Part shown: positions 9,971 to 23,300 of the stretch, one piece after another
How the letters are laid out: each line of letters begins with the position of its first letter
How positions within the stretch are numbered: position 1 is the stretch's first letter
NCBI GenBank assembly: GCA_037379345.1
Contig: CM074516.1
Location: forward strand, 47,777,626 to 47,841,625
Direction: 5' to 3'
From: Perna viridis
Taxonomy: Eukaryota
DNA: 64,000 bases
The notes under the pieces: model-generated
What the model saw: the letters and a program-made list of their open reading frames with translations, nothing else
The model's database searches: none
Told to the model about the DNA's origin: nothing
Made by a program: the position numbers and the translations under genes

Positions 9971-12362
9971 ATGTCACCTACTGAGTGTGGATTTGTGTTT
10001 GTGATTTGTTTGAAGATTGCTCTTTCACTCAATACTAGCTGTGTCGTTACCACTGTGAATCACACGATTACAGCTAATTGTAGTTACCAGAATCTTACCT
10101 CTGTACCGAATGATTTAGACAACAATAAACAAGAACTGAACTTGTCATGGAATCTTATTACAGCACTTCAAAATTGTTCTTTTGTTAAGTTGGTCCATCT
10201 TACAGAGTTAAAGTTACGTCATAACAGGTTGAGAACAAGTGAAGTTGAAGCCTTCCGTAATCTGGGAATGCTGAGCAAGTTAGATATATCAAGTAATTGG
10301 TTCACTGACATCAACACTGTTCTGGTTCCTGGGATCTTTAATCATATCAATAACTTAACGACATTAGATATTCGATATAACATGGACATCAAAGCTTCTA
10401 TGTATCCGTCTAAGGCGATTTCCGAGCTAGCACATTTAACCGATTTGTATATGGACCTTGTTCCTAATCCGATTTTTGGTAAAGAGTTCAAGCGTATGAA
10501 ACATCCTCAAGTTTTGTACTTCGATTACTAGTATATCTAATTCAACACTAGTCAACTTTACCGCTGACGATAACTGAAATTCATATGATAGTATGTCACA
10601 AGATTAAAAATGTAGAATTCAGCTTTCTGTCGCCAATTAAAAATTTGAAAGTTTTGAATCTAGCAGATTCATATATATGGTTGAAAAAAGCACTCGCCTT
10701 GCTTTATCCTCTTGCAAATTTAGAGTATGGATGGTATTAATTTTCAACATGGGAACAGAGGTCGTTCAGTAGAAGAATATTTTCATGCAACAATCGTCAG
10801 CAAAAAAATGATGCAATACCTTCGAACTATCTGTGTGAAAACGTTGAACTTATCTGATAATGACATTGTTGATTTCGAGGAACATTCGCTTTTTTCGTAT
10901 GATCACCCAAACTGTCTGGAGAACGTGGTCTTTTCGACAAACCGGTTGACATTGGACACTAATAAAAAAAAAAGGTTAGAGTTGTATATTTGATTTATAA
11001 TGCCGTCAATATCAAGCTATTCGATTGTTCCTATGTCCGGACAGAAAATGAGCACTATTTCTAGATTCCGAATGGAGCAATAAAATATCAACCAACTTAT
11101 GCGAGATGTGAGGCTTCTAGGGGAATGGAATTTCGTGTAAATGCACCTCCAAAACTACACACACTACGCATATCGTATGTTTTTGTAGATTTGTGCGGCC
11201 AAAGTATTTTTGTGGAAACTGCTGCATCATTGGAGTTTCTAGACATTTCAAGCTTGCTTTCCAAGAATATTCTAACCTTACTTTCACTGACAACAGTATT
11301 ATAACGTTTTTAAATCTAACATCGGCCAAGTTTTGTTCAATCGATACCATCTACTATTGTTGCCAAATATGACGGTGCTTGATTTATCACATAATTCACT
11401 AATGACATTGCATAACGACGCATTTGGAAAGAAATCAAAGCTAAAGAAATTAATTTTATCTCGCAATTTTTTTGCAGAAATTCCATCGGCCGTTATGGAT
11501 TTGCATAATCTAGAATATTTGAATTTGGATAACAACAATATACAATCGCTTCCGGTCAAATTCACTAACTGGCTGTACAGCAATTCCGCAAAAAGAGAAG
11601 TTCAAGTCTGTATGGAAGGGAATAGCTTTATTTGTAATTGTGACAACAAAAAATTGTAAAATGGGTTTATAAAACTAATGTTGTTAAGGACAAAAATTCC
11701 ACATACAGATGCAGGTATGCCAATGGAGATGTAAATGATATGGAGGATATAAATAGAAAGTATCATGAACTGTTCTCTAAATGTGATGCTTCCTTTTTGA
11801 TCCAGGTAGGTGCAGCCCTACTAGTAGCATTTTCTGTCGGTGTACTTGTCGTGGCTTTAATATTCAACTTCCGCTGGAGAATAGCTTACTACATTTACAG
11901 AAAATTCAAACTGGTTCTTGAATCGGATATGGAACTGAACTTCCGTTATGATGCATACGTTTCCTATGCCGACGACAGCAAAGACTGGGTATAAGATTTT
12001 CTAGTAAATAAAGCTGAGAAAAAATGGGGTCTTAAACTTTGTATTGATTAAAGAGATATCAGTCCAGGCAAATCGCTGATCAGTGGAATAGCTGAATGTA
12101 TCCATGCAAGTCGCCAAGTTCTCTTTATTCTTACTCCAGAACTTCTACAAAGGGAAATAACTAGATTTGAAATAGAACGAGTGGTTTACGAAAAGGCAAA
12201 TAATTACACACAAATCACTTTGATTAACCTAGGAGTAGAGGGGAGCAATTTACAACAAGAATTCTCGCCTATATGACAAAATGTACGTCTTGTTGAACCA
12301 AAGACTCCATTTTCTCTCTCGGACATCGCTTGGGGGAGTTGAAGATGAGATTAGTACAGTGA
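9971..12362 (+). pseudogene. Intronless Toll-like receptor pseudogene (single-cysteine-cluster type)
   Basis: Signal peptide, LRRNT (NCSYQNLTSVP), LxxLxLxxN repeats, LRRCT (GNSFICNCD), TM (LIQVGAALLVAFSVGVLVVALIF), TIR box 1 (YDAYVSY) and BB-loop (LKLCID*RDISPG). In-frame stops at 10529, 11062, 11992, 12049 and 12274, plus several frameshifts (~10720, ~10970, ~11300, ~11655, ~12335). Confidence 0.9.
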
Positions 12363-13990
12363 ACAGATAAACAATCACAGCATCACGGATCATTCAACGA
12401 ACTAAATACATTCTTGAAATCAACTACCAGGAAACCCTTTTCACTCTGACTTATTATGATAACCTTGTGTCACATTGTGGAGTTTTCAATCAAAGTGTAT
12501 TACTTACATAGAACTGAAAATGTTAAAATATGAGGACTTTTCTTTGTATGTTTCAAATAGTTTTATCAGTACAAATAAAAATGATTACAATAGAGCCTCC
12601 ATATTGAAAATGGGTTTATTTTATATCACTAAATCTATTTACAGATATGAAATTTTAATGCCGTGATACTAATGCAACTATACACTAAAAACATTGAATT
12701 GAAAACGTTTGAAAAAACTAAACATTGAAACAAATAAGAAATTTCAAAGTCATTAACCATGAGTATGCGGGGGTGCGCATATGCATGAAACAGGTATGGA
12801 GCTATGATCATTGAAGTAATGCTCTTGCAACCTTATACGAAAATGATGTACTTCGTCTCGCCTTCTTCACTTTGCAAAACAAAGAACGATTTTAATGATT
12901 TTGTTTATCTAGACGACAGAAAATTTCATTACAAATATATGGGGAAACTGATGATGATAAGGTTCATTGATAATCATCGCTTTTATCTTATTATGTATTT
13001 TTTCATACATGTAAATGGTTAATAAAACAGCTTTTGGAGCACCTACAATATATAGGGCCGTTGTTATAGTGATGACATACTGTTTTATCTAATATAGGTT
13101 TCTATCAACCACGAGAATTATAAGGCATTGTAAAGACATAATATGGACACAATATTTTTTTCAAAATAAGGCTTCAACCTTGTATTAGACCTCATTGTTT
13201 AATAAATTTGTGATTTGCAATAAAGATGTGCGGTCCAAAGTATTTCCTTACGCACGAGTTCGATTTTTTATCATTATTTTCTAAACAAGTATAAGTTTCT
13301 AGAAATAAATATGAAATGAGACATGATATATCTTGCACTGTTAAAAATTGGACAAAACAGACTTCTGTCTGATCTCATGTAACATAAGGCCTTCAACGTT
13401 AACGCAGCACATTAAGTGGAAGATTAAAGTATATTCCCAAGCTTGCCCCAAAAGATAACATTTTATAACTACATTTATTTTTAAAATATCTTGTTGGGGT
13501 AAGCTGGAGGCGACATCGAAACCGAGAGTAAATTGTATTTTTTTTCCTTTATAAATTATACCCTCCGTGAGAGATCCAAGGACGTTAAGAAACACCTCGG
13601 TCCGTCATGTATTACACATATGGGTGCAAACCAGGTCTATCAGTATTGAGTATATATGTTAGTACAAAAACGAAAATCAAACCAAGCGTAGGTTAGCCAA
13701 AGCTAATATATCCATTTACAGATTCCGTAGTCCATAAAATTCCATATTTGGTTTCAATCACTGATCTATGTCCCGGCATTGGCAATCGTTTCCTTCGGTC
13801 CAGGACCATATCATTACATTCCATCTTTCAATATAACGTGTAGCAGCTATTCAAAATATGGTCATACGACTGCTCCCGACAAAAACCTGGCACTAATTGA
13901 TACCGACTGATGTCACCGCCTTCGTTTCATTTGATAATATTTTATGTTGTATTTGTTATCATTATTGTACTTATATTGCTTTGTTAAAAG

Positions 13991-14057
13991 TTGAACGTAT
14001 GTCTCATTAGTTTAACTGATAACTTGAACGTATGTCTCATTAGTTTAACTGATAACT
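13991..14057 (+). repeat. Tandem duplication of ~33 bp
   Basis: ttgaacgtatgtctcattagtt(t)taactgataac x2. Confidence 0.9.
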
Positions 14058-14136
14058 TTGCTGGTTTTTTTATATAAATAATTTTTTTTCAGATATTGCT
14101 TTAGATTATTATATGGATTTTTACAGTTTAAATGAG

Positions 14137-14456
14137 GTTTATAGTGTGTCATAGGTCAATATTGGCCGGATGTTTATAGTGTGTCATAGGTCAATATTGG
14201 CCGGATGTTTATAGTGTGTCATAGGTCAATATTGGCCGGATGTTTATAGTGTCTGATAGGTCAATATTGGCCGGATGTTTATAGTGTGTCATAGGTCAAT
14301 ATTGGCCGGATGTTTATAGTGTCTGATAGGTCAATATTGGCCGGATGTTTATAGTGTGTCATAGGTCAATATTGGCCGGATGTTTATAGTGTCTGATAGG
14401 TCAATATTGGCCGGATGTTTATAGTGTCTGATAGGTCAATATTGGCCGGATGTTTA
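14137..14456 (+). repeat. 35-bp minisatellite, 9 copies, two variants
   Basis: Unit tttatagtgt[gtc/ctg]ataggtcaatattggccggatg. Confidence 0.95.
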
Positions 14457-15693
14457 CTTATATAGTTTTATGTTATTTTACATATATATAGTATTATGTT
14501 TATAATCTGTGTGACACTGATTAGTAGCAGTAGTAATTAATCTGGTGGTATTTTGCTTTACGAATGTCAAAAAATCCTACACCTGGTAGACATCAGTTCA
14601 GAGAACACTATAAACACCAGCTACATTACGGTTATTTGGTCAGTGAATTCAACTACGGTACCACTGGTGACATTTACAGACACTTGTATTATACAATTTA
14701 ACATACTGAGATTAGAATATGGAAGTGTTCGTACGCACATGGTTAAACAATTCTTCAGATGTGTATTCACTTCATTAGATTTTAATCTAAAGCTACATGT
14801 TAATAAATTTGTCAATTCCTCCATTGTATACAGCAAATGATAATCATTATGCCATGATCTGTCATTTTCATCGGGCACAATTAAGATATTATGCATATGC
14901 ACAGTTAATGATTAGTATAATTGTATAGTTTTTCTTGGATTTACATACTTACATACCTACCCACTGTCCAGTTAGGATATACCACCGCCATGAATTGCTG
15001 TCTGCTATGCATGGCTTTGTGGTTAAACCTATCTTTAGAAGCCTGGTTGCACACTTTCTTAAAACTCTATAAACAGTATGTAATGTTTTTTTTTTCATGT
15101 CGAAATTCTATTTATAACAGTTTGAAGATTTAAAAAAGATGGGATATAGAAAACATTCAAAAATTCATATTTTAGCTTATTTGCCGTGGTGTTCATATTC
15201 AAGGTAATTTTTCTCTAGGTAGAAATATAACACTTATTTATCTTATATTTTGTAAAATTTTAAAAAATCAATTATCTATGGATGAGATTCTTTTTTATAG
15301 TTGCTTATTGAAATTCACTAAAAGTAGCTTTTTCTTGTGATGGAAAAATGACCATTTGTTTGAAAGGTACCACAAGACTGTTTTGACCACGAATTATAAC
15401 GGCAGTGTTACAAATACGACAAGTAACTGTATATAATATTAAAATGTAGGTTATAATAAATTCAGAACAAATTTATGAAGTAAATCCATTAATGGTTTCC
15501 ATGGAAACTATACGATTGAAAATGGCATGGAATGACTTCTCCAGATGTAGAATGAAATTTCTTTAATAGTTACCATATACTGTAAAATTCAGCAGTATCT
15601 GCCACTTGTGTTTTCCAATTTTAGGTCCTTACAGAAAATTGCTCTTAATTTATTAGCAGATTGAATAAAATGACTGACAAACAATTAGAAAAC

Positions 15694-16280
15694 ATTATCA
15701 ACCATAGTGTCAGTAACCATGTAATGTCAGTATTATTAACCATGTGTGTACAGTGTCAGTATTATCAACCATGTGTGTAGTGTAAGTAATCATCAGTGTA
15801 AAGTCAGTATTATCAACCATGTGTAGTGTCAGTATTATCAACCATGTGTGTAGTGTCAGTATTATCAACCATATGTGTAGTGTCAGTGTTATCAACCATG
15901 TGTGTAGTGTAAGTAATCATCAGTGTAAAGTCAGTATTATCAACCATATGTGTAGTGTCAGTATTATCAACCATGTGTGTAGTGTCAGTATTATCAACTA
16001 TGTGTGTAGTGTCAGTTTTATCCACCATGTGTGTAGGGTCAGTGTTATCAACAATGAGTGTAGTGTAAGTAATCATCAGTGTAAAGTCAGTATTATAAAC
16101 CATATGTGTAGTGTCAGTATCATCAACCATGTGTGTAGTGTCAGTTTTATCAACCATGTGTAGTGTCAATATTATCAACCATGTGTGTAGTGTCAGTTTT
16201 ATCCACCATGTGTATAGTGTCAGTATTATCAACCATGTGTGTAGTGTCAGTATTATCAACCATGTGTGTAGTGTCAGTAT
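15694..16280 (+). repeat. ~27-bp minisatellite with a recurring variant unit
   Basis: Unit tattatcaaccatgtgtgtagtgtcag; variant aagtaatcatcagtgtaaagtcag occurs three times. Confidence 0.93.
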
Positions 16281-16381
16281 AGTCCAAAGTTTTAAAACAT
16301 TGCTGTTATACAGGGAAACAATATAGGAGAAGAAAACCTTGTTAGAGATATAAGGCAAGACAAATGTTCAATCAAGATATT

Positions 16382-16387
16382 TTTATT
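16382..16387 (-). terminator. Candidate polyadenylation signal (AATAAA) of the dynein gene
   Basis: tttatt on + strand ~650 nt downstream of the stop, at the end of an AT-rich putative 3'UTR. Confidence 0.5.
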
Positions 16388-17039
16388 TATCATTTTCAAA
16401 CAAAAGAAACAAGAAATACACTGTACTCCAAACAATGTTAGAACAACAATATGTAAAGTGAAAAACAATAAAAAATATAAATTCTTTGAATAAATATATC
16501 AGTCAATATATCATTATATCACACGTTTTATAAATAAATAACAAAAGAACACACAATAAATACTGATTAGTAAGATCTGGATCATAATCACATCTGGACG
16601 GAGAAATTTCTGATTAAATAATCATTAACAAATATTTTAATATATATAAACTTTAATAATCAATAGAAACTGACAATGAAGAATCCACACAATAGAAACA
16701 ATGATTTACTTTCTGAGAAAGGAATACATAGAACAAGTTTCATTAATAATACAAGTATACACAACAAAAATGAGATTAAACAAAAATATTCAAAAGTGTA
16801 AACTGTATGTTATTAATTCAACATGAACATAATGTTGAAACAAACTATTATAAATCATCCACAAAAAATGGCTTGGTCAATAAAAGTGGTGTTAAAGATA
16901 AGCTACAAAATTCGAACTAGTTCCTTTCTGGACGGATATGTTTTCATCACAAGCAGTTGTAAAAATTGTTTGTATCATAATTCAAACCAATGAAAAAAAA
17001 GTTCACCAAAAGATCAAAGTAGTCCATTTGATAAGAAGT

Positions 17040-17326
17040 TTATTTGGTATCGCAAAGAAGACCCACACCACGGAGTGTCCAGTGATCTGGAGGCTTGGAT
17101 GTTTTCAGAAACAGTGGGAAGATATAGGTCAAGTCTGTACGTCTGGGCTTCTTGTATACTGGACATTCATACATACTGGCAATCTTGGCTCCTTTCTCTT
17201 GGTTAGTGGCAAAGACATGGGCCACTGGTAAGTTGGTATATAATACCTTAGGTGTTGGTTCTATCAGTTTACAATTTCTTCTATCCCAGCCAGCTCCATC
17301 AAGGTACAATCCATAGATATACACAC
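17040..17326 (-). CDS. DNAH5: Dynein HC terminal exon 68
   Basis: [14 protein letters not shown]...YECPVYK...[14 protein letters not shown], stop TAA at 17040-17042. Confidence 0.95.
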
Positions 17327-20300
17327 CTGTAAGATAATTTTATACAATTTGTAATTTTGGGAATGATATAATTTCAAAATTGGAAAAAAGAAGAATAAAA
17401 CATTGTAAGAAAATCCTTCATTTCCTTAAAACTTATTCCATATGAATATTTGAATTTCAGTGAAGTTAAAATGAAATGGAACATCAGTTATGGACATTAA
17501 AACAAAGGTATAGAACAGAGTACCCTCTGTCTGTTGAGGAATACAATTTGTTTTTGTTCATTTCACTTTTTTTTTAACTTTATACATTATATCTGTATCT
17601 GTACAGAAAAAGCACTTTAGTTAGGGATAGATATGGAGTATTGTTCATTAAGACGGTGCTTCTTCATTTTGTATCATCTCTACCATTGGCAATGTCTGTA
17701 TATAGATTTATAAATGGTCTGGGTGAAAAACCAACCTTCATTAGGTGGTCCATGTAAGTCTTCCTTCATCATTCTGGTGACCTCATTGTCCAAGATGACA
17801 TTATCTAAAGCCCATCCTTTGTGTGCTCTGGTAATCTCCTGTCTCATGGCAGTCAGGAAACCCTACATTTCATGTATTATAAAATTAAGTTGGAAAATTT
17901 GATATCTTCAAAAATTACTAAAAAAAAAGATTTTAATTCATAGGTCCACTACAGGAGTAATATGCCTTATTTATTTGAATCTGAAAACTTTGATGTAAAA
18001 AGTAAGAAATCAACAAAAAATGGTAGGAGGTGCCCTAATATTCTCACTGAACAATTAGTATATAAAGGACTAAGAGAAGTAATAAAAGAAACTCTAGCAT
18101 TAGAAAGGTACATAAAATTGATTGCATATAAAATTGATAAAGTTGGTAACAATAAGAATAGTTTGGAGGCTATTTACCTGTGGGTTGAAAAATCCTGTCA
18201 TCCAGAAGGAGTGTGGTCTACCATCAAATAACCAGCTATTGAACTGAGTATTTCTCTCAAGCAGATCAGTGAACCAGAAACCCAGTGTGGCTGACTCCCA
18301 GGAAATCTTCTTCCATTTGTTGGGTACACGGGCATCAAACATGTTATCAAGGGCATCACGAAGGTCCTCACTCATAATTATCGTACCGTCAATGGCAAGC
18401 TTCAAGTCCTTAAGTGTACTTCGAACAAGGGAAATAACTTTCTGCATTCTGTCAATCTCCTGACGGAGGAAGATGTTCATTGGCTGTAGGATACCCATCT
18501 TTCTCAATCTATCTTTCACCTGTACAGAGATTAATCATGTCATGAATATCTTCTAGCATGATATTCAAAGAATACCCTAACATCTTACTTGATCTAAATA
18601 AGGTTCTATTACCAGCAGCAAATAATGAACCTGTTTTACAAAGAATTCAATATCTTCAGTAAGTCTGAACACAATAGAAATCTAAGTCAGCTCAAATGAT
18701 GACACCCTCTACTTACAACATGTAATACCCTTAACTAAAATTATCTCCCTTTGTAAACCAACAAGATGATTCCTGTACATCCCCCAAAACTTTTGTTTTT
18801 TGGGTTTTGTACCCATCTTGAATAAAGACCTTTGAACAAAAAGCTCATAGTGGTCACAGTTAAAACAAGCCATACCTCATATGGAACGTAATCATCAGGA
18901 AGTTTTTCCAGCATATCTTCAGCTAGTCTGTATACAACCATTTCTCTGGTCTCACCACCACCACCACCAGAATCTTTAGGCTGAATGTTTACAATGGTAG
19001 CTAACATGTTATTAGATGTGTTGGTTTGGTAGGTGATGTCAGCATTAGAATGTAAACCAAAGCATTCAGGAGAATCTACCAAAGGTAGTTGTTCTATATT
19101 GTTCCTGTACTCCTCAATAGATTTACATTTAGGTATCTTGTAGCCTGTAAAATAAAAAAATGCTTTAAATTTTTCCACAGTATCATGTACAGCTGAACTA
19201 TTAAAATAAAACTAATTCATTGCTAGTAATTAAAATGGGTTCTATTCCTTAACAGATGTTTCTATTAGTATGGTTTCCTTTCAGTAAGGGGTCTTTTAGA
19301 TCTACAGGTAGTTTACCTGTGTAGAACTGGAATGAGTCTGCAAACATGTTCTCTCCAAACCATACTTTACAGTAGGTGTTGAGGAGACGTTTATCATAAT
19401 CATCTGTGACACGCCCACCATACTGCACTTCACCAATCATATATCTCACTGTCTGCCAGGATACCCCCTGAAAAAAAAATAATTTACATATTTATCAATC
19501 AAGTAAATCAACTAAAAAGTGATCAATAAAAAAACAACAACTAAGTCCATTATTCTATCAAAGTTTTATAACTATACCCTAAATTAAAATAATAGTATTT
19601 TGTTTACAATCATTGATTATACTGGAAAAGTAGAAGTTAAAATTTAAAAATAAAAAACCTTTTCTTTAAAAAAAATATTTTAATTCAATCCACCAAGTAT
19701 TCATAAGCATGAACAGAGTGTATGTACAACACAACCTTGAATATGAGACCTGTGATTTGACAATGATCCCCTGACTTCCTTCATATATTTGAAGATTTTG
19801 TAATTTGAGTGATTACTGTAATGGAAGTTGAAACAATGACTACCTTCATGGGTGAAGATTATGTCACTTTAGTGAATACAATGACTACCTTCATGTGTTC
19901 AAGATTATGTCAGTTCAGTGATTACAATGACTACCTTCATGGGTGAAGATTATGTCACTTTAGTGATACAATGACTACCTTCATATGTTTCAGTGATTAG
20001 AATGACTACCTTCATGTGTTCAATATTAAGTCAGTTCAGTGATTACAATGACTACCTTCATGGGTTGAAGATTATGTCAGTCCAGTGAATACAGTGACTA
20101 CCTTCATGGGTTGAAGATTATGTCAGTTTAATGATTATAATGACTACCTTCAGTTTGAAGATTATGTCCTTCAGTGATTACGACAACTTTCTTGGTTGAA
20201 GATAATGTTATACCTGCAATACTTATATACAGTACTTGGTACTGGGTGTCATTAAACATTGACGTTTTACCTGTAAACATTACATTCACTAAGGCAATAT

Positions 20301-23300
20301 TGTTATTACCCTTCATTCAGTGAGTACTACATCTTCTTACCTTGGGTCTAAAGTAACCAGTATAACATTGGTTTGTCTACAAAGTGTTTTGTCAGCATAA
20401 TTAAAGCATTCATAACCAAAAGAATATTAGATGAAAATGATTAAGTTCACAAGTCAATTTTTTTAATAATTTTACTCCCAGTATTATACCATCTGAACAT
20501 TATATTTTACAAATAAATACCAACCTTCTTTGGATCCATATCATCCAGATGATTCTGTACAAATTGTACTGTAGCATTAAGATCACCCTGGTTAAACTCA
20601 TATGGAATGTTCCAACCAATGGGTCCAAATTTACGTCTCTCCTGTACTGTAGTATGGAGGAAGGCTACACCATACAGCATGGGTTTCCACTGGGGGAAGT
20701 TGGAGTAATCCAGTTGTTCCTATAACATGTGAAAATGTCAAAATCACATCCAATTCTAGACATAAAATTAACCTATGTACAACGACAAAAATCAGAAATA
20801 TCCAATTTTATGGCTAATAAATCTGAAAAATGAAGATCCTTTTTTGAGCCTTATAAAGGGATATGTGATTTTCAATCCACTTAAAAAAATATCTTTTTAT
20901 TTTTCACACTATCCACGATATCTTACTGACCTAATTGACACAAACATACCTGTGACACATTGTTGTAAGTTCTCTTCAGACCAGCCTTGACACCCTGTGG
21001 AGGTTCATTAGTAAACTTGATTGAGGACTGTAACATATTGATGGGGAACTTTGGATGTGGTTCTAGTGTTAACCATAATCTGAAACCATCATGGACATTC
21101 TCAGCAGACAATACCTGAAAAGCAAATCAGACCAATTACTACTGTAATCATTTAAAATTGAACTAAGTTTTTATTTACCATACCTTTAAATAAATTTTCA
21201 GGATCTCATAAGCAGATTTGAATTAAAAAAAAAAAAAATTGAGAAAATACTCTTGCCTTAACAAGTTACATTAACAAAATAATGAAAAATATAAGAGGTA
21301 AAAAATCTTACTGTATCTAATAATTCATCCATGAAGTCAAGACCCAAGTGACAGTTCTGTAACAACACCCAGCGACCTTCAGCCATAGACAAACTCAACA
21401 GACGTCTGGCATGGACATCCTGTCCCTGTCCCATAGATATGGCTCCACACATAAAATTCTTCTTCTTGGCTAATGACATGATGTTTTCTGTAGGATCTGA
21501 ACCCATAGACAAGAAACAGGTCAGTGGTACACGGGTGTTTGATTCTTCCCACATCTCTTCCATGTTGAGGATAACTCCTTCTGCAAACTGACAATAAAAA
21601 CAATCATCATTAAAATTGCTTCTAAACAATAAAAAAAATCTAAATTTTTTTTTAAAAAACCTCTCTTGCCTATTTTCAAAAGGCACATTTAGTATATTTC
21701 TATATTTTCATATAACAAGGTGTGCAGATTTTCATATTATGAGGTGTTTAGTAAAACACACTTATAATTTTTCTAAATACACATTACATTTGTTTATTAA
21801 GAGTACATGACAGCTATTGTACTTACTCTAAGACCCATGGCTTCTGCTACATATTTTTTACACATAGGAATGGTACGATCCGGACACCAACTTCTGATCA
21901 ATAAGAGTTTACGCCAGGTATCTAATGTGGTACTATAACCATCAGGTAAAGGTGATTCCTCTGGGGCATCTTCATCAAACCATGCTTTCCAGGCCTGTAA
22001 ATGTCAACCACACACTTAAATTGTATTTGATATTTTGTTAGTATTTCACAATGATTATAGTATACATACTTTTAAACTTCACACCATCATTCAATGTATT
22101 ACAATTCATCTCACTTCAAAGCTAAGCATAACCTACAGCAGTTTTAACAAAAAGTAATAAACTTGGTTGTGCAAGTTCTGAGAAACAATGAGAGCATGAA
22201 GTGTGATTTAAAGATTATGATAATTTTTACACTAACTTTTTTTAACACTGAATGTGTTTTTTTTTTAAATTTCTGCCTGTTTAAGACACTAAGCTATGAC
22301 ATGTTTTATCTCAGTAGAAACCTTTAAAATATCTTACCTTATCATTTCTACCAACTTGAGCCAGGATCTGTGAGAACTGTGGTAGTTTACTAAGTTCTAC
22401 CAAGTTAAGCCAAGTCATATCTGTGATCCATTTCTTTGGTTTAGGTTCTACAGCATTCAAATCTAAAGCAGCACCACCTGAAACATAACACAAATACTGA
22501 CAGCATATGCTTTTACACAGAAAAAGACACTCAAGTTCACTTGAATGCTGACTTATTTTTTGAACAAGAGATTTTTTGCAAGCTGGAGAGATTATACATG
22601 TTATACTCATACAGTCAAACAATATTTCACTTCCAACAAAATATTCAAAATCATTTATCCTTGATAAAAGTTACCTTTAATAAAGACTTGGAATTCTTCA
22701 GGACGAATTCTGCCATTGGCCATCTCAATCTTGCAAGTAAGAAGGGTGGTGTAGAGGAACTTATCTTCCTCATAGAAACCTCTTGCAGTGTAACTAAACA
22801 CAGCAAATGTTAGGTATTCAATAATGTTGTTAATTCTCTTCTGTGTGATTGGAGATTTCTGAGATCTGGCCATAGAAATGTCAAATATTTCTAAGAACTG
22901 TTTGAGAGAAGTCTGATACATGACATTCACCATAGACATCTCTACAATGACGAAGTACAGAATACTGCCTCTGGATGCTACTGGGCGGAACTCCTCACGA
23001 GCTGAGTTAATTTTAATTTCAGTCTCAGCAGCAATTTTCAGTTTCTCACTAACTTCCTCAGCTGTTGCCTTGGTGATTTTCAATACCTCAATCAAAGACT
23101 CATCCTCAACCAATGATCCCTCAGTTGAAGTAAGACGATACAAGAGATTATCCTCAAGTTCTTTCATCTTTCTCTTGTTACCAGTGACTTCCTCTAACAA
23201 CTGTGTTCTCTCTTGTTCTAACTCCTGTTTCTCGGTAAGGATGACAATACCCAGTAACTGATCCTCCAAACCTTTCATTGTCACAGTAAAGTCTACTATT

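Noticed and set aside
11992-12276. Stop-codon readthrough or selenocysteine recoding in the TIR domain
   Set aside because: The stops are mixed TAA/TAG/TGA and accompanied by frameshifts; ordinary pseudogenisation explains them.
14137-14456. CRISPR-like regular repeats (also 5767-6245 and 19808-20200)
   Set aside because: Units are contiguous with no unique spacers, there are no cas genes, and the context is eukaryotic.
15710-16358. HMVDNTDTT / CSVSIINH repeat ORFs
   Set aside because: Translation of a 27-bp minisatellite with frame-breaking unit variants; no gene structure.
22920-23261. Plus-strand ORFs antisense to dynein exons (also 36521-36784, 42566-42781 and others)
   Set aside because: Shadow ORFs produced by the codon bias of the minus-strand gene.
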